NCBI RefSeq assembly: GCF_024521635.1
Contig: NW_026250428.1
Coordinates: 1 to 64,000, forward strand
Origin: Tricharina praecox
Lineage: Eukaryota
Length of the DNA: 64,000 nt
Direction of reading: 5' to 3'
The stretch's first letter is position 1, and every line of letters begins with the position of its first letter. A program made the position numbers and the translations under genes. The notes under the pieces were generated by a model. That model searched no databases. It was not told the DNA's origin and saw nothing but the letters and a program-made list of their open reading frames with translations. Shown in pieces: positions 21,449 to 33,330 of this stretch.

Positions 21449-22186
21449 ATTCTAACGCCTCATCTCTTGCCCCGCATACCGGGATCTCCGGCCGTTCGCT
21501 GCGTGCCCTTTCCTCAACTCTGGCTCTCATTGTGTCCCAGTCTATTACGAGGCCGAAGCAACGAAGTGAGTGAATCCATACTGTATGACGGAGATCCACA
21601 GCAGTGATCGCGAAGGAGCTTTACCTGACGGTCCCCACAAATCGAAGGATCCGAATTTCGGGCAGAAATAGGCAGCTCTAGTAGGTAGCCGATAATTCCA
21701 TGACCGAAAGTCACCATTCGGTCCTTAATGCAACCACTTCGATTACGTTGACCGAAAGACCGATGTCTAGCACCGTGTGACGCAATCGTGGGGAACCGTA
21801 ACACATACAATGCAGCCGCAGACACTCCTCCACTCCCAACAATCAACAACCACACTCTGGCTCGAGCCAAAACAACCGCACTCTGGCACCAGCTTCAACA
21901 ACCTATAAGAAATTAAGCATCCGATGCCTTCGGAAATTTTTCGTGCCTACGCCTAACTCTAATGGCTCCCACCTTTAAGCCCGACCTTCCTCCTCAAGAA
22001 GGAAGGGATCCTCCCAGTCCACCGTCGACATCGTACCCGCGAGAAGACACAGAGCAGTCGAAACCAGATGATGCACCACGAGGCAACCAACATGTGAGCT
22101 GCAGCCACCTCTGACGTCGTGAATTGCCAGTGGGCACACGGTATCCGCATCTGCCTATGCAGCACTGACACTACGGCTACTAGACT

Positions 22187-24669
22187 ATGAACATTTCCTC
22201 CGTACTTAATCCACGAGAGACAACACCACGCATCTCCGGCCAGCAACCGCACATCCCCGACCGGACACCGCACATCTTCGATCATCGATCCGATCGGGAA
22301 CGCAGAAACACTGGCAAACCACATGACCCCCAGAACCAGACTCCCGTTATTCCAACCGCTCCCTCGGGGGAAGCCCAAACGCCCCCGGAGCCTGTCCCAT
22401 CGAATGTGTTCCATCCGACGAATCATCCATCGATGCCACCACCCGAATTCCAGGCGCGCGCATCATCCCAAGAAGGCCCATGGCAAACCGTCAAGGGATG
22501 GCCTCTGATACCGCTACGGCCCGCACGACTGCCGGAAAGATCTCGGCCACCGTCGAAGGCCCGAAGAGTTTCGTACCCACCCGCACGGACAGACGAACAG
22601 CCACAGCGACAGCCACAGCCACAGCGACAGCCACAGCCACAGCCACAGCCAAGCGCATTCGTACAGGTACCGCTCCAGCTACCGCCCCAGGTACAGTGGC
22701 AGCCCGCCGCACTCGCTCCGCCCCAGCCACGGCCCCCGACAGACGCACGAGGATGGGCACAGCTAAAAGTGGACCAAAGGAAATTTCAGCGCGAGGGCTG
22801 CCGGTGGGGCCGCACGGAGGTGGAGGAGCTGATGCGGCAGATCATCGAGGTGTGGAGTCTCCGCGCCACCATGACTCTGAATAACGAAGAGTGGGTGAAA
22901 ATACGCGACGGGTTGGCGAAGAAGGGTTTTAGCCGGACGGCGGGGGCCTGTCAGCAACGACTCGTGCGGGAGATCGAGCTCGATCGGGAGGGTAGAAGCC
23001 TGGTCAGCGGGTCTGAACTTTTGCAGAAAGTCAAAAAGCTGAAGTGTTCGTTGATTGCGTCCGGATCGGGTTGTGCTCTACCTGTTAACATTGATGGCCA
23101 GATGTCAGAAGTCAAAACGGGCCCCATTTCCAGCCTCCTGCTGGACCGCGAGCACCGGCGACACCTAATGTATCTCCTGCTGGTCGTACGCAGATGCCGT
23201 CCTTGCCCGGTGGGAAGAATCGACGGGTCGCGCGCGAGGTGCCGAGGGGTGGAAGGTCAGCGGCTACTTCGGAGAAGAGACCGCAGCCCGGTACCTCCAC
23301 GTTTCAACTGAGTCCGTGGGCACCGCCAGCTACTCTGTCCGCGGCTCCTCCGGAGATAAGGCCATTCGGTGGTGCGTATAACCCCCGGGCTGGTCCCTCC
23401 TCGTTCGACCGAAAGCCATGGGTACCGCCAGCTCCTACATCAGCGACGAATCCTGACAGTACCATCTTGCTGACCATGCCACCGGATCCTGCTAGGCCGG
23501 GAGGGCCGCCGGCCCCCAGTCTCCCCCTTGCTGGCTCAAGATCGTGGGAGACGCCGCCGGGGGGAGGAAATTGGAGCTTCAAACAGGGTTTGGGGGTGGA
23601 TGGAGGGCCAGCGGCTACTCCGGAGACGAGACAGCAGGCCGGTACCTCTACGTTGCAACTGAATCCGTGGGCGCCGCCAGCTACTCCATCCGTGGCTCCC
23701 CCAGAGACAGGATCATCCGTTGCTGGTTCCAAACTGCAGGCCAGTTCCTCCACGTTCGACCAAAATCCACGGTTATCGTCAGTTCCTCCATCGGCGACAC
23801 ATCCCGCCATTGCCACCCCACGGACTCCCAGTTTCATTAGTGTTGGACCTTCACAGTGGGCGCCTCTGCCCGGTATAGGAACGTGGAGCGGCATGCAAAA
23901 TCCGGTGAAGGGTAAAGCACCAGCGGTGAACAGACCGTTCCATGATGGTTACAAACGCCAGGACCGTCCTTCCACTTCCGACCGAAAGCCATACGAAAAG
24001 CCGGCTCCTCCATCCGCCGCGAATCGCTCCGAAGCCATTATCCCACCGACAGTGCCGCCTCCCGCTTTGTTGGCGCCTCTCAACTTACCTTCTCCTCGCC
24101 GTGGATCGCAGGGGTCTCCGGCGGATCTCGAAATGTGGAGCGCCGCGCAGCGGCGGTTGCTGGCTGGAGAGACTGCGGCTACGCATGCGACGAGACCATC
24201 AGGTGATGGGGACAGACTCCAAGCCGTCCTTCCCCCGTTCGATCGACTACCATGGGAACCGATGCATCTTCCATCTCCGGCACTTGCGTCTCACGCTCTT
24301 CCTCCTCTGGCTCGTTCACCTCCGGCTCTTCCATCTCCGGCTCTTCTTTCCCCGACTATATCAGACCCTAGACCACTCAGCGATGGTGGTGCTTACAAAC
24401 CGAAGCCCAGTCCACCCAAGGACAATTGCCAAGCAGCCGTACCGTCGGCTCTTCCATCTCCGGCAGCTTCGGAGGGGAGACTATCTGGAGAAGGGGGTGA
24501 GGTGGGAAGGAATGGAAGGGAAGGAAAACACGAAGGAGAAAGCGGAGGAGGACAAGAAGCAGCACGTGACGGAGGACAAGAAGGAGTACACGAAGGAGGA
24601 CACGAAGGGGAAAGCGAAGGAGGAAGCGAAGGTGGACAAGCAGAAATGCCGGTGGCAGGAGAAAAATAA
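22187..24669 (+). CDS. Myb/SANT-like (trihelix-type) DNA-binding domain protein, 2 exons (22187-23045, 23102-24669), ~808 aa, otherwise Pro-rich and disordered
   Basis: Intron 23046-23101 (GTTCGT..GTTAAC..CAG, 56 nt) joins the 22187 and 23194 ORFs in frame. Domain RWGRTEVEELMRQIIEVWS...NNEEWVKIRDGLAKKGFSRTAGACQQRL has the W..E...L....W..I...L...G..R....C..R pattern. QP repeat at ~22600-22650. Confidence 0.75.
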
Positions 24670-25292
24670 TACAAAAGTAATACAGGAAGGAGTTAGGGAG
24701 CGTTTTTTACACACGAAATAATGACTTAATTACAAGACGAAATGCAGGAAGCAGGACAAGCAGGAGGACGTGTACAATACCTACAGGCGTTAGTTTTTTG
24801 TCAGAATATGGGACGTCCGGAGATGACGATGTCTCCAGCGTAAAGGGATTGATGCAGAGGTTGTCTGGTTTATGAAGCTTGTGTATAGTATAGAGACAGC
24901 TCGCTGCTCATGATGTTGCTGCTGTATCGAATACTACTATATTGTCATGTTTATCTACCTCTTATATTCAACAGGTTAGATATGAGCCCGGGTTTGACGC
25001 TGAACCCATTATAATACATATCTAACGATGATCACTGCTTCAGTCGAGTCGCACTCGCTTCTACACCTTACTCTTAACTCTTCTCACGCGTCGGCAACTC
25101 GAGGCGAAGTCTTTCCGCTTAGACTCGGCAAATGGAAGAACGACATGGCCATGGTCCTCAGCGGCGAAGACGCGCTCGAAATTGCACTCTGTAGGAAAGA
25201 AGATCTTCCCAATGCGAATGCGCAGGTAATTACATCTATGAAAAGGCTTCTGACGAAGCGCACGCGCGGCGACGATTATCTAGGTACACCCA

Positions 25293-25355
25293 GGTACAGT
25301 CCAGTCCGGTCCGAGGCCCAGGACGGACGGACCGGGCTGCGTATGTCGAACACTG
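25293..25355 (-). mobile_element. Partial copy of the 100-bp mini-element
   Basis: Reverse complement cagtgttcgacatacgcagcccggtccgtccgtcctgggcctcggaccggactggactgtac matches the first ~60 bp of 3821-3920. Confidence 0.65.
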
Positions 25356-25584
25356 GGTCTAGGCATGATAATAGTTTTTACACAAGCAATAATTTTCTAT
25401 CTAATCTCGCCATTAGTTCGCAAGCGGCACACTCGTCACTCGTCACTCGTGCAACTGGCCATCGTCACCAACAATTCACTTCTATTGAAATCCGCCCGAT
25501 TTACGCAAGCTTAGATAAAATAACACACGTGTACCGTTCTCCACCGTTCTGCACCTTCCATCTACCATCTGTATTCCCTGTTCC

Positions 25585-28170
25585 TCACGAACACCCCGAA
25601 ATCCCCAGCGCCGCCGCGGTCGTCGACCCCAGCCCGACCCAAGCTCTCATTGCATTGACAATGCTGATGTCCCTATGGACACGGGTATACTTCCCACCAG
25701 CCAGACTAGTATACCCACACGCTGCCGCTACATACGCGGGATCCTTCACGACTCCCTTACAAGTAGTGAGCGACTGAGTCCCGGTGTACTGGGTAGCGCA
25801 GTCACTCAAGCCGTCAGGAAAGCCGTTCGCACCGTTATCGGCAAAGACCCACGACGACAGGACGAGCTTGATGCGCCAGTCGGCGTCGGTGCGCGAGAAC
25901 AGCAGCGTCTCGAAGCTGCGGTGCTTCGCGATGTCCTTGTCTTTAACGAGAACCGACCCTTGGTCCCCCATGTCCCGCGAGCTGGAGCCCTCGCCTTGTT
26001 GGTCGTGGTCGTCGTTTTGGATCGCGAAGCGAGAGGCGGGGATGATCCAGCTGCCGCAGATGGGGAATTCTTTCGGGTAGTCTACCGCCGTTCGTTAGCT
26101 ATGGTTTGGCCTAAATTAGGTGGGGGGAGCAGAAACGCACCCGCACTCCAGATCTTGATCTTCTCAATATCCGTGGCGCTCAGACCCGCGGCGGAGAGGC
26201 GGGTATTGAAGTTGGTGTACCAACTCCACTCTCCTCCGCTGCACGCGAGCAGATCCTTCTCTCCGCCGATCAGCACCTCGAGCCAGGAGACGAAGTCTGC
26301 GGGCAGGCTTCCTCCCATCTTCGCCGCCAGTCTCCCGAAGATCTGCGCCTGCGACGTGGGGCCGATGTGTTTCGCGGCATCGACGCGGAAGCCGGAGAAG
26401 CCGATCGAAAGCAGGTCGGCCAGGTACGTGGCAATGCGATCCTGCACGTACGCTTTTTCAGTGTTGAGATCGGTCAGCCCCACTAACCAGCCCTTGGTCA
26501 CGATCTGCCCGCTGTTCCAGTCACCAATGCTGCGCTCGCAGTGGAAGTCCGTGGGGCCGTATGGAACCGCCGGGAACTCGAGCGCGGGGCGATTATTAGT
26601 GAAGGGGTTGATCAGGAAGGTGTTGCCGGTGGTGAAATAAGGTGAGTTGTCGGTAGCGTTGTGTCCAGGGTAATAGACGCAGGCGTCGGTACGATGGTTT
26701 TGGATATCTGCAAAACACGTCAGTCATCGTATCGGGAAGCACGAGCTCGGTCAGGCTCACCGTTTCCATTGCCGGACATGTGGTTGATCACCGCATCCGC
26801 ATACACCCTGACGCCAGCAGCACGGCAGGCATTGATCATGGCTCTGAGTTCGGCGCGGGTGCCGTGACGGCTGGTGAGCCTGTAGCTAACGGGCTGGTAG
26901 ACCAAGTACCACGGGCGAAACTGGTTGTCGGCCTCGTAGAGGTTGGATCCCCAGACGTGCTCGTTCGGCGACCAGATCTTGATGCCCATGTATCCTAGAG
27001 CCCCACGTCAACATGAAATAGAACCATTGGTGTTAGGGGTCCACATACCAGCCTTTCCCAGAAACACGCACTCCTTCGCGATATCGTTGTACGGCCACCC
27101 AAACAACTCGGCGATCGCCCCCTTTTGTCCGTTCGAAAAGGTGCTCTGAGCCGCAGTGAGAGCAACATTCTGCCAGATGAAGTTCAGCGGCTCGAGGCCG
27201 AGGGTCTTCCCGCTCGAGCTCGAAACGGTGATGGCAAGACTCCCGGTAAGCGAAGAATCGACACGGAAAGAATTCGACGTCTGGGCGGTCCCGCCAAAGC
27301 TGTAGCTCAGCTGCTCCCCGGTCTTGGAAGCCGCGTTGACGGTGACCAGGGCGGCGTTGCGTGCGGGGTTGTACTGGATATCGGCATACCCGACGAGATC
27401 GCTGTAGTCCTGGAAGGAACTGGAGTACGCGGTATTGCCCTCGGGGGGCGTCTGCCACCGCCTGTTCTCGGCGGCGGCGGGCATGTCGAAGACAGCATCC
27501 GAGGTGCAGCTTTCCTTGCCGTTGAAGGTGCCGCAGCCGCTGGGTGCCGCCGCGGGAGCCTCGGAGGGGATGCTGGTGGGGACAATCGGAGGGAGGCTAA
27601 CAGCGGGGATGCTGGTACCGGTGGGACTCGCCACGGGGGTGGTGGTCGTGCTCACCGATGTTGTGCTAATTGAAGTGGAGCCCACGGCAGTCGAGCTGGC
27701 GGAAGTCGAGCCCATAGCGGACGAGGACCCGGAGCTGGGAACGTTGTAGTTGACGTTGTTGCCCGGGTCATAGTAACTGACGCCGTTGACGGTGTACTGG
27801 ATGTAGTACTGCAACGCACCGGCGGCGGTGCCACTGAAACTCCAGACTTCGTAGCCGGTGCTATCGGGGCCGGAAACCCACTGGGCGGCGAACGATTGGG
27901 TGCTGGACCACGACGAGCTGCTCGTCCAGTTGATGGTGACCACCTTGGTGGGCGCGAGGTTCTGGATCTGCGGAAAGTCAGCTGCGCGTAACCGCACATG
28001 GTTTGGTCCCGACTCACACTGATCTGTCCCGAAAGAACGTTGTTGGAGTACGAGACACTGGTCAGAGAGACCTGCGTAGCTCTCTTCTGATTCTGATGAA
28101 CGGAGGCGCCAGATACGAGGAGGAAAAGGAAGGCGAATAAAAAGACGGCGAGAAAGCGAAGGGATCGCAT
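25585..28170 (-). CDS. Secreted alpha-amylase (GH13) with N-terminal CBM21 starch-binding domain; 5 exons (28170-28018, 27967-27049, 26994-26761, 26707-26141, 26081-25585), 789 aa
   Basis: Signal peptide MRSLRFLAVFLFAFLFLLVSG plus KR site. CBM21-like LSGQISIQNLAPTKVVTINW...GYEVWSFSG...YYIQYTVNGVSYYDPGNNVNYNV, then an S/T/P linker. GH13 regions DAVINH, GFRVDAAKH, WLEV and QNDDHD. Four canonical 50-59-nt introns keep the frame. Confidence 0.95.
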
Positions 28171-30920
28171 GTTTGCTGTAGGTATCGTCGCTGCCAACTC
28201 GATATCCTTCGTGATTTCAGCATCATCGGTACTGGCGAAACTACTCATCTTATGCATTTTCGCGCTCGGACAACCCACCTCGATACTCTCGGAACCTTCA
28301 AGCGCTGCGATCCGACGGAGACGGACTGGACGGAGACTGCGGGGTAACTGACGATCGTGGTCTTCGAGCTGGGTGCTTCATTTCGCTTCGGCGGCGACGG
28401 GATGGCACGCGTAGGAAGGCCAGGGATCACCGGTGACCACACGCAGACCCTTCACGCACAGGCAGCAGCAAGCGTAGGGATCTATCCAGGGTCATCCATA
28501 GGCTACGGGGGTGTGATGCCTGTCATTTCCCACGTGTCCCCGAGTCAGCACCACCGCTGCGAACTCCGAACTCTGCACGGCATATGTAGGCTCCAGCATG
28601 TGAGGATGCCAGCTTTTTTCTCCGAATCAACGGCAGGTAGTTAGAGCTTAGAGTAAGTTTCCCCGCACTCCGCATGCTCGCTTGCCGACGTTTCCTGTCG
28701 TCTGTAGGCTCGACGCTCGTGGGCGACATGGTTTCGCGGCTAAAAACGTGGCCAACCCCAGTCAACTACCCGTTCTCCCGAACAAAGTGCCTCCGGACGG
28801 AACACCGGTGTGCCCATTCATATCGCGCGTCCGTCGAGTCTGTGCTAAAGGTTTCTAGAAGCGCTCGAGAAGTTCTCCGGCGCGGGGAAACACAGGGATC
28901 CGGCAGGTGTTATTGCCGCTGTGGTCAAGCCCTGGTAAGTTGTACGGTCGCTTGGATGTGTCGATAGCGCTCCTGCCCCTCTAGTTAGTTGCTACATATA
29001 GATAGATGAAGCTCGGGAAAGATCAGGGCAACCTGGATAATTGTCCGCAGCTCATCTCGATGCTTGTGCGTGCTCCAATGCGATCCAACGTGCAACCCCA
29101 CCCTCGCGATACCCCCCTTTCGCTTGTGCCTGATCGCGGTGGAATGCGGTAGATAGTGAGGTACTTTGCAGAGGCATTTATTGATATTGCGCGCATCCGT
29201 TCAGGTACCGTAACCAACTCGATCGGCATCGGCCTACTCTGCGATCTGCTGATGATGCGAGATTGGAACGTCGCACATACGCCCATACGCACGGGCAAAC
29301 CGAGCTCACACGTCAAAAACGTGGCGAGACGGTTCATTTGCGGCAAGGAAGCTCTGGCTTTAACCAAACGACGCCGTGGGAAACGTGGGTTGATGTCGCA
29401 AACAATGCCGACTCTTGGATCGTAGGCCCGCGCATGCCACGTTCCAGACTTCCAGTGAAAGATCATGCGCTCCCTCCGTGTAGAACAAAGAAACATCTTC
29501 GGTAGACGAACCCCGTAGATGAGTCGGTGAAGGCTTTGGAAGAAGACTGAGCAGCTCGCCCTTCGTAATCGTGTTGCAATGCCGGTGTACTCACCCCCGG
29601 TGATGTTTACTCGTTGTGGCCGTGGCTTGACTATTGTTCATAACCGAGCGTTATGTCGTGTCCGGTCGGCTTAATTCTCCGCCGAGTGTTTCCTTTGTGG
29701 ACCCCGACGATCAATGAGACCACCGGTATCCCCCCACTCGCCGCTCGTCCACCATCCGCGCACTCCCCTCAAACCTCTCACCTGTCCGATGTAACCCGAT
29801 GTTTTCTCCTTCTCTTTGGGCGGTTTGCGACTGAGCCTGACCATATTATCGGTGCGGTCATCATGCCGTTGGGCATTAATATTGATCCAAGCAGTGGCCG
29901 TAAGAAGTTGAGGAGCAGCAACCCGCAAAGAATCCCAGGAAACGAGCCGAATTGTGTGAAACCAACCAGTAGTAAGCCTGCAGGTAGCGCGAGGGCGGTT
30001 AGCTGTGCACGAATAGACGAAGGTAAAGTACACCTTGAGCCCGAGGTGATAGATAGCAAATTTCAAGACAGACCAGGGGCAGAAGGCTCTACGGCTGTCG
30101 GAAACAACGCAGCACCGATGGACCGCATTGTGCTGACGAGTAAACGCGAAGCAAGATGGCCGGCCGGTCAGATAAAGAATTGGCAGCGATGATAGAAAGA
30201 TGTGAGCCACAATTGACTGATTGGCCTCGGAACAACGATCGCAGCCTTCCGAGTGTTCCGGGCGCGTTGGGTTGACACATAACCTGAAACCTTCCGATGA
30301 TTTGCCAAATAAAGGCAAAGATTTCTCCCGATAGGGAGCTCTGGTATCATCCACGGCCGCTGAAATTACTGGCGCGTTATTCCTGAAGATTTAACCGTTA
30401 TCAGTATGCGTGGTGATGGATGGAAGTGGACTCAGGAGAACTCCTCTTGTTTCTGGGCCTCTTCAACTGTCATTCACCTCTCGCACGTGACCACAGAGCA
30501 ATCCATGCCCCGAGAGCGAAGGGATGCCTCAGTCAACTTCCATATTGCTGCGACCTCCTTTTTCCTAGTGTTCTCTTATCCTCGTAGATCCTAATAGCTC
30601 CCGCAGTTTCATCAGCAATATGCGCCTCTCCACATATATACATCACGTCTTTGTCGGTCACCGCAGTACCGCTCATCTCAGTACGCGTAGGTCCCAAGGA
30701 ACTTCGCAACCGGAGTTTCAAGTCGACGAGGAATTTGTAGCTGTAGCCACCTGTGTATATAGAGATATGCTTGATTGAGTTTGGAGAAGACCATGTATCG
30801 ACTATGTACAAGTCGTTCCCACCAATTACCCTTCATATGTCCCATCTGGGACTTCGTCGCATTCCCTAGCTTGAGTCCGGTAACCTTCCACTAACCCTGC
30901 CATTTCCGTGTGTCTTCTCT

Positions 30921-31420
30921 CCAGGGTGACCGACATCGTGGCCGATGGCAACTATCGGTAGTGTGAGGGCATCCGAATTAGTGATGATGTCGGCAGGCGC
31001 CGTTTCTGCCGGGGGATTGCAGTCCCGGGACTAAAGAGGTGATCATGTGGGAACGGGATCGAAGCAGCCATCTGCAGAGTACGAGCATCCAAAGGAGTGA
31101 TGTCGTTCAGGAGAATGTTGACGTCCAAATGAGTCAGGATTAGACGTGCGAAAGGCTCAGTCTTGCATTGGGCGAGCATATAAATAGAGGGCCTCTGTGG
31201 CCTGACGAGAAGCAAGGGAATCAACGGAATTTCGTCTATCTTCGTATCCATCAGCATCTCTATCCTTATCTTGACAAACGAATTAAGGGCGTACAAACGT
31301 GTAAGGGTTGCCGACATCGTGGCCGATAGCAATTATCAGCAAGGTAAGGGCATCCAACTGAGCTACGATGAGAGCAAGCGGTATTTTTGTAGGGAGATCA
31401 TAATGAGGGCCCAGGGGAAT
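30921..31420 (+). mobile_element. Tandem degenerate LTR-like repeats (units starting ~30921 and 31300)
   Basis: ggt(g/t)(a/g)ccgacatcgtggccgat(g/a)gcaa..atc..gggcatcc repeated at ~30925 and ~31306; the second starts TGTAAGGG. Block atagagggcct..tggcc..gaatcaac (~31185) is shared with the solo LTR at 40268-40664. Confidence 0.5.
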
Positions 31421-31817
31421 TCGGTTAATACGGGTGCCCAGACACGGGTTCAACGGGAGCGTGTAGCCCTGGCCGTTCGGGGCGAGCTTTTCGATCGGAC
31501 TCATCCGTCCAGTGCGTAGGTGGGATGCCCACATACCCGGCGGGGGACCTAAGGTGCCTGATACGTTGATAGTGTGTTAGCCAAATCTCCGCTCAGACAG
31601 AAAATGAAAGTTATCTACAGACGAAAGGCTACATACCATATAAATACTCCGCTTCAACAATGGCAGGGGCACGGCTACTGAAAGACCACGGGAAGGGGGC
31701 AGTAATCTTCGGCGGCGGCTGTTGTGCGCATGCTAGGGTGCAAAGGTGGGCGGCGGTGCGGCGGCGGTGAGCCGAGGGGGGGCGGCTGATATTTGTGATG
31801 TAGTAGCGCTCAGATAT

Positions 31818-33330
31818 TTATTCTGTTCCATAGGCTATTCGTCCTCCTCTTGCCAGCCCGGAACCAGGTACCCAGTCATTCCTATCATCTGTCTCATCCT
31901 CCGCCTGCTTCTCATCCACCGTCTTCTTCTCATCCACCGTTTGCTTCTTATCCACCGCCTGTTTCTCATCCTCCGCCTGCTCCTGATCCAACGCCTTCCT
32001 CTCCTTCACGGCCTTCTTCTCATCCACCGGCTTCTTCTCACATATCGCCTGCGGTCCTCATCCATCGCCTTCTTCTCGTACATCGCCTGGGTCCTCATCC
32101 ACCGCCTTCTTCTCATCCACCGCCTTCCTCTCCTTCACCGCGTTCTTCTCATCCACCGGCTTCTTCTCGTACATCGCCTGAGTCCTCATCCTTCGCCTTC
32201 TTCTCATAAACCGCCTTCTTCTCAGCCATCATCGACTAATCCCGTACCGCCTCGGGCAATATCAAAGACGGACTGGGCGCTGTATTAGCCAGTCCGAATC
32301 TGGGCAATTGATTCTGCTGTAAGGGGATGATGATGTGGGCAAGCGATTTTGCCGTGGACTTTCCGTCTAGCTCGTCCTGTTGTAGGAGGATAATAATGTT
32401 TGCAAGCGATTGTGCTGTGGATTTTTCATCCATCTCATACTGTTGTAGGGGGGTAATAATGTGGGCGAGCGATTTCGCCGTGGATTCCTCATCCAGTTCG
32501 TTCATTTTATGACTTGAATTCTCGTTCGAAGGAGAGCGGCATCTGTGAAAAAGGCGCCGTTTCCAGCACGGCCATATGACCAGGTGCCGCCATGCCCTAA
32601 GGAATCTTTCTTCCCGGAAAAGGTCCCTAGGCCTACGATACCCGCGAGTGAGCACTGCGGATAAGTGGTCGCTGGTGCGATGTTCCGGGCGTGGCGTGAG
32701 GACTGCATGGCTGTTAGATGAGAAATAGAGGAGGGAGAGGGGGTTGACAGACAGATGTCCGTCTTACATTCGATTGCGGCCTATCCGGCCGTCCCCACAA
32801 GAGGGTGAGAGGGTGATAGACTGACGCTCGTCTTACGAGGCCGACCAAGGCGTCTCCAGGAGTAGGTGTAATATCCGGTAGTGTTTCGTCCTTCAAATCT
32901 CCGTATCACGAGCGAAGCCTTCTTCAGCTTAGCTGTGGTAACTTGGGATTTCATCTTCGTCTTTGATGTCCAATTGGTTGGCCGGTGGCGGTAGCATTCG
33001 AATGAGCGTATAGGGTATTTGTAGTAGTAGGCTGATGTGTTTCGTATATGACGTTACTGGAACGGCCCCGAAAAAGGATCAGAACGAAGATGTCGCTGCC
33101 TGCAACGACCAACCTCAATCTTCTGACAGTGTTAGATATCTCCTCAATTTGCTCTCCGGGCTGCACCAACTACTCACTAAAAGGTGATGCAATGTTACCA
33201 GGACGCTGAGAAGAATTTTGCGTCTCTCTGCCCTCTGCCACGCCGTCTTCAAGCAGATTCCCTGCGTTGGATTTCCTTTTCTTTTCCGACAGTATCTAAT
33301 TTCATCGACCAAACCATCAAATCAGCAAAA
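31818..33330 (-). pseudogene. Decayed multi-exon gene with 18-bp (DEKKAV-type) and 60/63-bp (DEKSTAQSLANII..LQQ) tandem repeats
   Basis: Canonical intron-like segments (GTGAGT..CTAAC..CAG near 33177-33124; GTAAGA..CTAAC..CAG near 32767-32703); repeat arrays at ~31890-32200 and ~32310-32505; several in-frame stops. Confidence 0.45.

Noticed and set aside
25675..27749. Plus-strand ORFs over the amylase
   Set aside because: Antisense shadows of the GH13 exons.
29653..30354. Overlapping 179-aa and 227-aa ORFs
   Set aside because: No recognisable domain or consistent splice model; cannot choose a strand.
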